DNA from: Candidatus Heimdallarchaeota archaeon
GTDB lineage: Archaea > Asgardarchaeota > Heimdallarchaeia > Heimdallarchaeales > Heimdallarchaeaceae
Direction: 5' to 3'
DNA: 13,908 nt
Assembly: GCA_030668825.1 (NCBI GenBank)
Contig: DAOVET010000069.1
Coordinates: 1 to 13,908 of the forward strand
The position numbers were made by a program, and so were the translations under genes. Shown here piece by piece: positions 1 through 8,165 of this stretch. Below the pieces are notes generated by a model. The model was not told where the DNA came from and made no database searches. It saw only the letters and a list, made by a program, of their open reading frames with translations. The first letter of the stretch is position 1, and each line of letters opens with the position of its first letter.

Positions 1-956
1 AGTTCCTCGTTACTTGCTATCCTCAGCTGTTCTACAACTAAGTCAATTCCTGTGATCATCTCAGTAACAGGATGTTCAACTTGAATTCTTGGATTAATCT
101 CATTGAAAAAAATATCACCATCTTTCCATAGAAACTCTGCTGTTCCAGCATTCTTATAGTCAATCTTTTCAGCAAGACTGCAAATCTTTTCACCCAAGCT
201 ATTTCTTTTGCGAACTGAAAGAAAGGATGGAGCTTCTTCAATGATTTTTTGATAAGAACGTTGGATGGAACATTCTCTATCTCCAATGTGAATTGAATTT
301 TGATGATTATCAGCTAGAAATTGTATTTCAACATGTCTAGGAGCGGAAATATATTTCTCAATAAACACTTTATTATTTCCAAAGAATTTGTCAGCGATTG
401 TTTGACAACCTAACAAGCTTATTTCAAGAGCTTCTGGATTTTCAACAATTTCCATCCCTCTTCCTCCTCCTCCGAAAGCTGCCTTTATGATAATTGGATA
501 TCCAATATTTTCACCAATTTTTTCTGCTTCAGATAGTGACGATACATAACCATCAGAACCAGGAATTGTTGGAATACCGATTTCCTTTGCTATTCTCTTT
601 GATTCAACTTTATCGCCTAAATTCCTTAGAACTGTAGGAGAAGGTCCTACAAATACCATTCCCTCCTTCTCAACCCTCTCAGCAAAATCTGGGTTTTCAC
701 TAAGAAAACCGTAACCTGGATGGATTGCATCTGCACCAGAAGTTAATGCGATTTCAATTATTTTTTCTACATTCAGATAAGTTTCTTGTACCGTACCTTT
801 GCCAAGACTATATGCTTCATTGGCCATTTTTACATGGAGAGAAGTAGAATCTTCTTTAGAAAAAATAACTATGCTTTTTAGGCTGAGTAAACGACATGCT
901 CGTATAATTCGAACAGCTATTTCTCCACGATTGGCTATAAGCACAGTACCAAGCAT
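1..956 (-). CDS. Biotin carboxylase subunit (acetyl/propionyl-CoA or pyruvate carboxylase; AccC/PycA family), partial, runs off the left edge
   Basis: Absent from the ORF track because there is no stop in the window. Manual translation from ATG 956 gives MLGTVLIANRGEIAVRIIRAC...ADAIHPGYGFLSENPDFA...YPIIIKAAFGGGGRGM...EKYISAPRHVEIQ...DRECSIQRSYQKIIEEAP...NAGTAEFL...NEINPRIQVEHPVTEMITGIDLV. All the hallmark biotin carboxylase motifs are present. Confidence 0.96.
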   Translation of the reverse strand, partial: MLGTVLIANRGEIAVRIIRACRLLSLKSIVIFSKEDSTSLHVKMANEAYSLGKGTVQETYLNVEKIIEIALTSGADAIHPGYGFLSENPDFAERVEKEGMVFVGPSPTVLRNLGDKVESKRIAKEIGIPTIPGSDGYVSSLSEAEKIGENIGYPIIIKAAFGGGGRGMEIVENPEALEISLLGCQTIADKFFGNNKVFIEKYISAPRHVEIQFLADNHQNSIHIGDRECSIQRSYQKIIEEAPSFLSVRKRNSLGEKICSLAEKIDYKNAGTAEFLWKDGDIFFNEINPRIQVEHPVTEMITGIDLVVEQLRIASNEE

Positions 957-979
957 AAAGGTATAAATCCCTTGACATT

Positions 980-987
980 TATATAAA
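980..987 (-). promoter_or_regulatory. Archaeal TATA box (TTTATATA) for the biotin carboxylase gene, likely leaderless mRNA
   Basis: TTTATATA on the minus strand begins 31 nt before ATG 956, with an A-rich BRE-like run upstream. Confidence 0.6.
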
Positions 988-1044
988 ATTTTTGTGTTTT
1001 ATAGCCCAAAAAATACTATTCCTGAAATAACATTTAGAAGACTT

Positions 1045-2274
1045 CTAATTAATGAAATTAGTACTCTTATCAGAAGTAATTGTTTTAGCTTTTAGCATGT
1101 TTTTCCATCGTTCTACTAAATTGATAAAAGCAGTTTCTGTACTATTATCTAGTTCAAAATTATCCTCTAATTGTAAGTTGAAGAATTCTAGATTCAAAGT
1201 TTTTTTATCAAAATTAACCTCTATTCTGCCTATGAGTTTACCTTGGAAAAGCAATGGGTAGACATAGTACCCCCATTTTCTATCTTTAGGAATTTTGTAG
1301 ACTTCCCAAACATAATCAAAATTAAATACCTTCAGAGTTAAATCTCTGTCCCAAATTAATGGATCAAGTGGAGCTATAGCTCTCATATTACCATCTAAGT
1401 CTTCTTTAAGAAAATCTTTCCAATTATAGGGAACAGCTACACCCCATTGTTCTCCTTCTGTTTTTAAGATGTGAGGACCTTTATCAGAATAATTTGTTCT
1501 AAACCATTCAGGTGAGATTCTTTTCTTTTTTCCAACAAATAAAGAACCAGTCTTTGAAATTGAAACCTTGCCTAGAGTAATCAGAGGATAAGATTTCTGT
1601 TTAATGAGAAATTTCTCATAACTAATTTCTTCATGTGTTAAATCTATTTTTTCTAGTAACACTGATTCGAAATATTCTTCTGTTAAGTAGTAAATTTTTC
1701 TCCAGTTTTCATCTCTACAAGAAATAATAACTCTGCCTTGAACCCACAATATCTCAAGAGACATACCTGCCAAATTACTAGTTTTCCAGAAGGAGAACTC
1801 TGGTTTGATTTTAGCCATTTCTCCAATATCTGAAGCTTTTGAAGGTCCATTTTCTTGAAGGAATTTCACTGCTTCTTCAAGTATCCCTAAATGTATTTTT
1901 TCTACTTTCTCTAAACGAGATTGATAATATTTTTGTAAATACTCTTTCTTCATTTGAGATAAGAATAAAGGAAAATGCTCTTTTGAAATTGCCATTAAGT
2001 TTGGGAAGTAAGCCTCAAAAACTAATTTCTTTGGGTAAACTATTTTCTGAAATGTATCTATTTCATAATTTCTTATTCTGCTCTGAAAGAAAAGGTCATG
2101 ATTCCTTCCAGCTGGATTCAAAGGATCTAGCTGAACCAATGCTTGTTGCTTGAAAACAGATTGTATATCTTCTGTACTCTCCCCTTGCCATTTATGAAGA
2201 TGTGTTCCAACAACAGCAATATGTTGCAAATCTTCTTTTGTCACTTCATGAATTTGAAATTCAGACACATTCAC
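1045..2274 (-). CDS. ycaQ: YcaQ/AlkZ-family (HTH_42) interstrand-crosslink DNA glycosylase
   Basis: N-terminal QxD catalytic motif in LVQLDPLNPAGRNHDLFFQSRI; central wHTH; C-terminal APLDPLIWDR...FNFDYVWEVY...RKWGYYVYPLL...LIGRIE signature. GTG start. Confidence 0.88.
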   Translation of the reverse strand: MNVSEFQIHEVTKEDLQHIAVVGTHLHKWQGESTEDIQSVFKQQALVQLDPLNPAGRNHDLFFQSRIRNYEIDTFQKIVYPKKLVFEAYFPNLMAISKEHFPLFLSQMKKEYLQKYYQSRLEKVEKIHLGILEEAVKFLQENGPSKASDIGEMAKIKPEFSFWKTSNLAGMSLEILWVQGRVIISCRDENWRKIYYLTEEYFESVLLEKIDLTHEEISYEKFLIKQKSYPLITLGKVSISKTGSLFVGKKKRISPEWFRTNYSDKGPHILKTEGEQWGVAVPYNWKDFLKEDLDGNMRAIAPLDPLIWDRDLTLKVFNFDYVWEVYKIPKDRKWGYYVYPLLFQGKLIGRIEVNFDKKTLNLEFFNLQLEDNFELDNSTETAFINLVERWKNMLKAKTITSDKSTNFIN

Positions 2275-2341
2275 ACCAGCGGAATAAGTTAATGATGTCT
2301 CAGAGGACCTTTTTGAATATTTAAAGAAAATGGAAGATTTG

Positions 2342-3592
2342 TTAACTTACTTGAAGAAAATAATCTAACTTTGTTTGCCTTTTAGTCAAATCATAGAGCT
2401 TGGAACGGTATTTCCAATTTTTGAGAGGATAATCAAACTTCTTCCCAGCGACCTCAAAAGCAGAATCTATATTATCAAAAGTCATGTATTTACTTTTCAT
2501 TGCTTCTCTTACAGCTAATCTGATTACCCAAACCCCTAGTGGGAATCTATATTCATCAGAAATTTCTCTTAAAACTATTGCTTGAGACTGTCTCTTGATT
2601 TTAAGCAGATATTCAGTTATACCTAACCTTGCTGCGTAGTAAGCTCCAGTGATGTTTGAAGCATAATCTGTACGACCATTATACCCTTCCCAATCTTCAA
2701 CTGCTATATCTTTATCACTAGGATTCATGAAGGCTCCTCTGAACCAAGTTTCAATCATTTCATAGGACCAAACATCTGGAATTAGAATAATAACAAATCT
2801 ATTTCCAAAGAAGTTGTAGGTAAAAACTCTAAATTCTCCTAATTCAGGAAGAAGTTTTACCTTCTCTACATTTTGTTTTGAAAGAATATCGTCTACAGCT
2901 GTTATACTCCATCTGGTTGGAACAAGTTTGCGATTATCCTTTCGTCCTATCATACCTGCTGAAAAGACTCTAGTGATGGTACTTTCATCTAACTTCTCTT
3001 TCCCCATGTAGGAGACAGCATCAGTAGCTAAGAGATCTGTATCATAATAGCTCCTTTCAATAGCATTAATCGGAGATTGATTTTCTGTTATGTCCATTGT
3101 TTTTATAGGTACAATAGGTCCATGTGGCGCCATTCTCTCATCAAGACTAATTCTGGGAATAATCTTTCTTTCAAGTTGAACTTCTACATCAATAGCTTTT
3201 TTTCCTAAAAGCAATTCTTGACTTTTTTGGACAATATCAGAATCAAGAGGTCGTTTAACATTAATTTTAGCATGGGTTCTCAGAAGAGAAATACGCATTT
3301 TTACAATATCTTCTTGAGACTTCTTCAACCAATTCCGAGAGTTGTCAATGACATCAGAAGCAACTCTATTTGCAGTTAACATGGGACCTGCATTTATTCT
3401 AGGATACCCTGTCCATCCAACAAAGAAGGAAGGGGGAGAAAAGGTTTCGTCAAGATTCTGGATTTTTGGCTGCTCAATGCTGTATTGTTTTGACCAGTTC
3501 TGTAATAAAGGACATGATTTCCTCCCACATAAACCTCTGGAGGTTTTGCAAATTACACATAATTCGAAATTTATATCGGAATTATCATCCAT
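2342..3592 (-). CDS. nreA: Nre-family archaeal DNA repair protein with C-terminal PCNA-interacting (PIP) motif
   Basis: Motifs CVICKTSRGLCGRKSCP, SPPSFFVGWTGYP, RKLVPTRWSITAVDD, GAYYAARL, LREISDEY..PLGVWVIR and C-terminal QTKLDYF. The start was moved from the track's TTG at 3667 to ATG 3592 (MDDNSD...), which sits just before the Cys cluster and 37 nt downstream of TTTTAATA (3629-3622). Confidence 0.93.
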   Translation of the reverse strand: MDDNSDINFELCVICKTSRGLCGRKSCPLLQNWSKQYSIEQPKIQNLDETFSPPSFFVGWTGYPRINAGPMLTANRVASDVIDNSRNWLKKSQEDIVKMRISLLRTHAKINVKRPLDSDIVQKSQELLLGKKAIDVEVQLERKIIPRISLDERMAPHGPIVPIKTMDITENQSPINAIERSYYDTDLLATDAVSYMGKEKLDESTITRVFSAGMIGRKDNRKLVPTRWSITAVDDILSKQNVEKVKLLPELGEFRVFTYNFFGNRFVIILIPDVWSYEMIETWFRGAFMNPSDKDIAVEDWEGYNGRTDYASNITGAYYAARLGITEYLLKIKRQSQAIVLREISDEYRFPLGVWVIRLAVREAMKSKYMTFDNIDSAFEVAGKKFDYPLKNWKYRSKLYDLTKRQTKLDYFLQVS

Positions 3593-3621
3593 ACTGGTCA
3601 GAATAACTGAATTTTTTTTAC

Positions 3622-3675
3622 TATTAAAAGCTGATGTAGATAAAATAATATTGAAAAAAGGCAACACTTTTATTC
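3622..3675. promoter_or_regulatory. Divergent promoter region with back-to-back TATA-like boxes for nreA (-) and the Rag-like GTPase (+)
   Basis: TTTTAATA on the minus strand at 3629-3622; TTTTATTC on the plus strand at 3668-3675, 30 nt before ATG 3698. Confidence 0.45.
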
Positions 3676-3697
3676 TTCTTTACTTCAAGATTATAAT

Positions 3698-4285
3698 ATG
3701 AGCTATCTTGAGAATGAAATAGCTGATGATGATGTTCTAATCAAAGATTTAGATAAAGGCGAATTTGGTTCTAAATTGCTCTTCATAGGTTTAGCTCAAA
3801 CAGGTAAAACTTCTATAATTCAGGTTGTTTTCGAAAATAAAGCTCCTGAAACAACTTCAAAAATACCTGCAACTGTTGGAGTAAGAAGAAAATTGGTAGA
3901 TTTTTCAGATATTTCTCTGAATGTCTATGATGTAGGGGGACAAATAACCTACTTAGAAGAAGCTTTTGTTGATTTGCGCGAGAGTATATTCACGAGAATT
4001 AAAATTCTGTTTTTTGTAGTTGATTCTTCTAAATATGGAGATTTTGAAACAGCAAAGATGTATTTTAGAAGAGCTATTAGGAATCTTAATGAATATAGCC
4101 CTGAAGGAAAGATGGTTGTTTTAGCTCACAAAATGGATTTAATTCCAACAGAAGAAAGAGAAAAAACAATTAGTTTTATATCTAAAATTTTCGAATTGGA
4201 AGATTATTCAGAAGTAGAAATATTTGAAACTTCAATTTATGAGGAAACTTTAGTGGATGCTATAGAGAAAGCTCTTGGGATATAA
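3698..4285 (+). CDS. Rag/Gtr1-like small GTPase (G domain only)
   Basis: G1 GLAQTGKTS, G2 PATVG, G3 YDVGGQ, G4 HKMD, G5 TSIYEETL. HKMD and TSIxxETL match RagA/Gtr1 (HKMD, TSIWDETL). There is no C-terminal roadblock domain. Confidence 0.88.
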   Translation: MSYLENEIADDDVLIKDLDKGEFGSKLLFIGLAQTGKTSIIQVVFENKAPETTSKIPATVGVRRKLVDFSDISLNVYDVGGQITYLEEAFVDLRESIFTRIKILFFVVDSSKYGDFETAKMYFRRAIRNLNEYSPEGKMVVLAHKMDLIPTEEREKTISFISKIFELEDYSEVEIFETSIYEETLVDAIEKALGI

Positions 4286-4345
4286 TTATTGTCTATACAA
4301 ATACTAAAATAGTTATTTACATTTTTTCTTCGACAAAAAGAATCC

Positions 4346-4462
4346 CTTATAAAACTATCTGTTGACCTCGAAGAGAGAGAAGAACATCAAGAAGGAAAAT
4401 TTGGTTGGATTATGGATCCTGAGGGTAATAAAATAGAATTATGGGAACCACCAGAAAAATAA
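4346..4462 (+). pseudogene. C-terminal remnant of a VOC/glyoxalase-family gene
   Basis: The frame reads ...SVDLEEREEHQEGKFGWIMDPEGNKIELWEPPEK*, a classic VOC C-terminus. An in-frame TAG lies at 4310-4312 and there is no usable start upstream of the conserved part. A T-rich terminator follows. Confidence 0.8.
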
Positions 4463-4463
4463 T

Positions 4464-4482
4464 CTCCTTTTTTTTCTCTCTT
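4464..4482 (+). terminator. Oligo-T/pyrimidine-tract terminator
   Basis: CTCCTTTTTTTTCTCTCTT lies directly after TAA 4462. Confidence 0.5.
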
Positions 4483-4549
4483 AAAAAACTCCATGACTTT
4501 TGGAATAAATTTTTAATACTTCATTTTACACTAAACTAAAGGTGTTATT

Positions 4550-6736
4550 ATGGTTATCAAGGAATTTACATACAAAGTTCCTGAAATGTCTAATGGATAT
4601 GCGAATCAAACTCTTTACATTAATCTAGATAATTATGAGATTAAGACTGAAGAAGTAACAGATGAAATGAAAAAGAAGTTCACTGGCGGAAAAGGGTTTG
4701 ATTTATTTCTAATGTGGAAATATCTTCCTAGATATGAAAGAACAGAATGGGATGATTCAGCTAATGTTTTGTGTATTGCAGGGGGACCTTTAGGTGGTAC
4801 TACCAACTTTCCTGGATCTGGAAAGAGTATAGTAACTGCTATATCTCCTCTTACAGGTTTAATAATTGACTCTAATGTCGGAGGCTATTTCGGACCTTTT
4901 GCAAAGCATTCAGGTTTTGATGCTATTGCTATCCAAGGAAAAGCTGACAAAGAAGTTTACATCTACATTGACGGTGAAGAAGGAAAGATAATAATTGAAG
5001 AAGCTGAAGATCTTCCTTCAGAAACCTACAAGATTGGAACGATTCTTACAGAAAAGTATTGTGGAGAAGAGAAATTTAAGCGAGATGTTTCAGTTGTTTC
5101 AGCAGGACCAGGAGCTAAAAATACTCGTTGGGGCTGTTTGAATTTTAGCTATTATGATCCGCGAAGAGGATATGTAAGGTACAAACAAGCAGGACGAGGT
5201 GGAACTGGAACTGTCTTCAGAGATAAAAAACTGAAAGCTCTAGTTGTCAAAAAAATAGGTGTTGTAACCAGGACTAATAATCCAGCTGACCCAGAAGCAC
5301 TGAAAGAAATAGGTAAAAAGCACACTAAAGAAATGATAGACCTCGATCCTAAACAAAATGAAATGAGAATGGTTGGTACTACTCATCTTGTACCAATAAT
5401 GAACGATTATGATCTATTACCAACTAAAAACTTCAAGTATGGGCGCGATCCTCAAGCTATTAAAATAGGATCGGAAGTATATAGACAACTTTTCTTGAAA
5501 GGTCCTGATCCATGTTGGAAAGGTTGTGCAGTTGCATGTACACACGGTGTCAATGGATTTGAACCAAGAACTGGGCCTTATGCAGGTCAGAAGGTTTCAG
5601 TTGATGGACCTGAATATGAAACAATTGCTGGTGTAGGTTCAAATTGGTATGTTTGGGATCCCGAAGATATCATTGAAACAAACTTCTATTGTGATAATTA
5701 TGGATTAGACACAATTTCTATAGGAACTGGGATTGCTTTTGTCATGGAATGTTATGAATATGGCATTCTAGATAAAGAGAAAACTGGAGGGCTTGAACTC
5801 AACTGGGGAAATCAGGAAGCTGCTATGGAACTAATTCATCAAATGGCAAGGAATGAAGGTTTTGGGAAGATTGTAGGTCAAGGTATTCGAAGAATGAAAA
5901 AATACTTTGCAGAGAAATTTGGTGGAGATCCCAAATTACTAAATGACATTGGTATGGAATCTAAAGGTTTGGAGTTTAGTGAGTATATGACTAAAGAATC
6001 TTTAGCTCAGCAAGGTGGATATGGGTTTGCACTCAAAGGACCACAACATGATGAGGCTTGGTTAATCTTCGAAGATATGGTTAGAGGGAATCTACCAACT
6101 TTTGAGAAAAAAGCAGAAGCACTACATTGGTTCCCAATGTGGAGAACCTCCTTTGGACTTCTGGGGTTATGTAAATTGCCTTGGAATGACATTGTTCCCG
6201 AAGATAATAGAGATTTTGCAGCAGGAAAAATACGCAAGGAAGGGGCATTTGTTCCTGATGATTTAGCTGATCCTGCAAAAATTCCTGAACACGTTCAAAA
6301 TTATGTTAAATACTATACAGCTGTAACTGGTAATGAAATTGATTCAGTTGAATATATCCGTATGAGTGAGCGAGTTTACAATTTCCAAAGAACACTTAAC
6401 TTAATGCTCATTCCCCCAGGTGTAACCTTTAGAGATCTAGACTCTATCCCTTATAGAGCAATGGGTCCAGTAACAAAGGAAGAATTTCTATCACGTGAAG
6501 AAGAGTATTATTCCAAACAACTGAGAGAAGAGATTGGTGTTGATCCAGATGAGATGAGCATTTCAGAAAAGATGAATGCTATTCGTAAATTTAGAGAAAG
6601 CAATTATGAGAAACTCAAGAACGCTGTTTACGAAAGAAGAGGATGGGATAAAAACGGTGTGCCTACAAAAAAGAAAATCAAGAAACTAGGTATGGATTAT
6701 CCTGAGATTATTGAGCTAATTGAGCAGAATCAATAA
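4550..6736 (+). CDS. aor: Tungsten-dependent aldehyde:ferredoxin oxidoreductase (AOR/WOR family, long type)
   Basis: Motifs SPLTG..DSNVGGYFG, SGFDAI.IQGKA, AGRGGTG.V...KKLKA, Fe-S Cys motif CWKGCAVAC, GPEYET, CDNYGLDTIS, GLCKLPW and YERRGWDKNGVP. SD-like AGGTG lies just upstream. Confidence 0.95.
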   Translation: MVIKEFTYKVPEMSNGYANQTLYINLDNYEIKTEEVTDEMKKKFTGGKGFDLFLMWKYLPRYERTEWDDSANVLCIAGGPLGGTTNFPGSGKSIVTAISPLTGLIIDSNVGGYFGPFAKHSGFDAIAIQGKADKEVYIYIDGEEGKIIIEEAEDLPSETYKIGTILTEKYCGEEKFKRDVSVVSAGPGAKNTRWGCLNFSYYDPRRGYVRYKQAGRGGTGTVFRDKKLKALVVKKIGVVTRTNNPADPEALKEIGKKHTKEMIDLDPKQNEMRMVGTTHLVPIMNDYDLLPTKNFKYGRDPQAIKIGSEVYRQLFLKGPDPCWKGCAVACTHGVNGFEPRTGPYAGQKVSVDGPEYETIAGVGSNWYVWDPEDIIETNFYCDNYGLDTISIGTGIAFVMECYEYGILDKEKTGGLELNWGNQEAAMELIHQMARNEGFGKIVGQGIRRMKKYFAEKFGGDPKLLNDIGMESKGLEFSEYMTKESLAQQGGYGFALKGPQHDEAWLIFEDMVRGNLPTFEKKAEALHWFPMWRTSFGLLGLCKLPWNDIVPEDNRDFAAGKIRKEGAFVPDDLADPAKIPEHVQNYVKYYTAVTGNEIDSVEYIRMSERVYNFQRTLNLMLIPPGVTFRDLDSIPYRAMGPVTKEEFLSREEEYYSKQLREEIGVDPDEMSISEKMNAIRKFRESNYEKLKNAVYERRGWDKNGVPTKKKIKKLGMDYPEIIELIEQNQ

Positions 6737-6741
6737 TCGGA

Positions 6742-6760
6742 TTTTTTTTTCTTTTTTTTC
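6742..6760 (+). terminator. Oligo-T archaeal terminator
   Basis: TTTTTTTTTCTTTTTTTTC starts 5 nt after the aor stop codon. Confidence 0.7.
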
Positions 6761-6933
6761 AATTTTCATTCATTTGTCAACAGGTTTAGCTTAATAAGAA
6801 AATTTTTCTTTCGTGGACATTTGTACTAGGAATATACTAAAGGTTAAATAGTTCGTTTCAACTTATGCTTAAACTAGAAGTGTTAGCGGGGATTCAAATT
6901 TCTAGCATTTTTAGGTGATGGGGTAATACCAAA

Positions 6934-7485
6934 ATGAGTTTCTTAGCGAATTTATTTTCCAGAACAAAGATGGAAAAAAAAGCTAAAGTACTGATACTAG
7001 GTTTAGCTTCTGCTGGAAAGACTACTCTTACTAAATATCTAAGATACGGTGAATTTGTTTCAGATACAATACCAACAATAGGTCAAAATATCGATTCTTT
7101 AGAACATGAAGGTTGGAAAATTACAACTATAGATGTAGCAGGACAACAAGATTTTCGCTTTTTGTGGGATGCCCACTACCCAGGAACATCTGCAGTCATC
7201 TTTGTAATTGATGCAGCTGATATTGAAACTTTACCTGAAGCAAGAGATATTTTCAAGCAACATGTTTTCAATAACCCTACACTTCAAAAAGTTCCAGTGT
7301 TAATTCTGGCAAATAAACAAGATCTTCAAGGTGCAGTTGATGCTCCTCTTCTAATACAATTATTAGGATTACATCTTGATATGCATAATAGAACCTTTGC
7401 TGTGTTTGACTCAAGTATCTTGTATGGTAGAGGTGTTGTTGAAGCTTTTAGTTGGATTGTTAATCAGCTTGAAACTAATGAATAA
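6934..7485 (+). CDS. Arf/Arl-like small GTPase with N-terminal amphipathic helix
   Basis: MSFLANLFS helix; G1 GLASAGKTT; switch I TIPTIGQN (Arf has TIPTIGFN); DVAGQ; RFLWDAHY (Arf has RPLWRHY); VIFVIDAAD; ANKQDL; G5 SSILYGRGV..AFSWI. SD-like AGGTGAT at 6913-6919. Confidence 0.92.
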   Translation: MSFLANLFSRTKMEKKAKVLILGLASAGKTTLTKYLRYGEFVSDTIPTIGQNIDSLEHEGWKITTIDVAGQQDFRFLWDAHYPGTSAVIFVIDAADIETLPEARDIFKQHVFNNPTLQKVPVLILANKQDLQGAVDAPLLIQLLGLHLDMHNRTFAVFDSSILYGRGVVEAFSWIVNQLETNE

Positions 7486-7487
7486 AT

Positions 7488-7504
7488 CTTTTTTTATCTC
7501 TTTT
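7488..7504 (+). terminator. Oligo-T terminator
   Basis: T-tract CTTTTTTTATCTCTTTT lies just after TAA 7485. Confidence 0.5.
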
Positions 7505-7586
7505 ACTAGTTATATTGAAATTTCTGACAAAAATACTTCGCTTTAATTTGTCAGTTATGAAGCTTTAAAAACAGTCCAAAACTTGA

Positions 7587-8108
7587 ATGAGTATGAAAAA
7601 AGCGTTAAAGATTTTCTTTATTGTATTTATACCTCTGATACTGGGTATTGCAGCATTTGGAGGTACAATACTTTACTCGTACTTGAAGGTAGATTACTCT
7701 GTTGGAAATCCAGCAGTAACATTTGATATCACACCAGATTTTGTCGAAGGATATATCGGTTTTATAACTCTAACAACTCCTGCGGAAATAAGTAATAATG
7801 GTGTTTACTCGATAAGAGATCTGAATATTACAATTACAGTAGTTGGTGCCAATTTTTCTTTATCCTCTTTGAATGGTGCTCTTCTAGCTAGTGGTGAGAA
7901 TCTTCTAGGGGATATTAATCCTGGAGAAATTTGGGCTGATGATATCATCTTACAAGTAACTTATTCAATCCCTCTTCTAGCAATTCAAGATGGTGATTTC
8001 ATTATAACAATTTATGTTGGCTTAAAGGTAGATTTCTATATTTTTAAAATTCCTATTAATATTGAAACTGTATCTTATGTTGAATGGGATTCTCCTTTTG
8101 GATTCTAA
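7587..8108 (+). CDS. Hypothetical protein with one N-terminal TM anchor and an acidic beta-rich domain (possibly LEA_2/Ig-like)
   Basis: Basic N-terminus, a hydrophobic helix (IFFIVFIPLILGIAAFGGTILY), then alternating beta-strand patterns (ISNNGVYSIRDLNITITV). The true start may be ATG 7593, 29 nt after TTTAAAAA at 7564. Confidence 0.7.
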   Translation: MSMKKALKIFFIVFIPLILGIAAFGGTILYSYLKVDYSVGNPAVTFDITPDFVEGYIGFITLTTPAEISNNGVYSIRDLNITITVVGANFSLSSLNGALLASGENLLGDINPGEIWADDIILQVTYSIPLLAIQDGDFIITIYVGLKVDFYIFKIPINIETVSYVEWDSPFGF

Positions 8109-8165
8109 TTCTTCTTTTTCAGAAATCTATTTATTTAAGCTAATTAATCGCCATTTGAAGAAGCT

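Noticed and set aside
56-286. 76-aa minus-strand ORF in the track
   Set aside because: It is an out-of-frame shadow inside the biotin carboxylase CDS.
3593-3667. 25-aa N-terminal extension of NreA from TTG 3667
   Set aside because: It spans the TATA-like box at 3629-3622 and the divergent promoter region. ATG 3592 fits the family length better.
1052-3701. Plus-strand ORFs 1052-1261, 1839-2153 and 3342-3701
   Set aside because: They are antisense to ycaQ and nreA, use non-canonical starts or have implausible composition, and show no motifs.
6007-6278. Two short minus-strand ORFs
   Set aside because: They are antisense shadows of aor.
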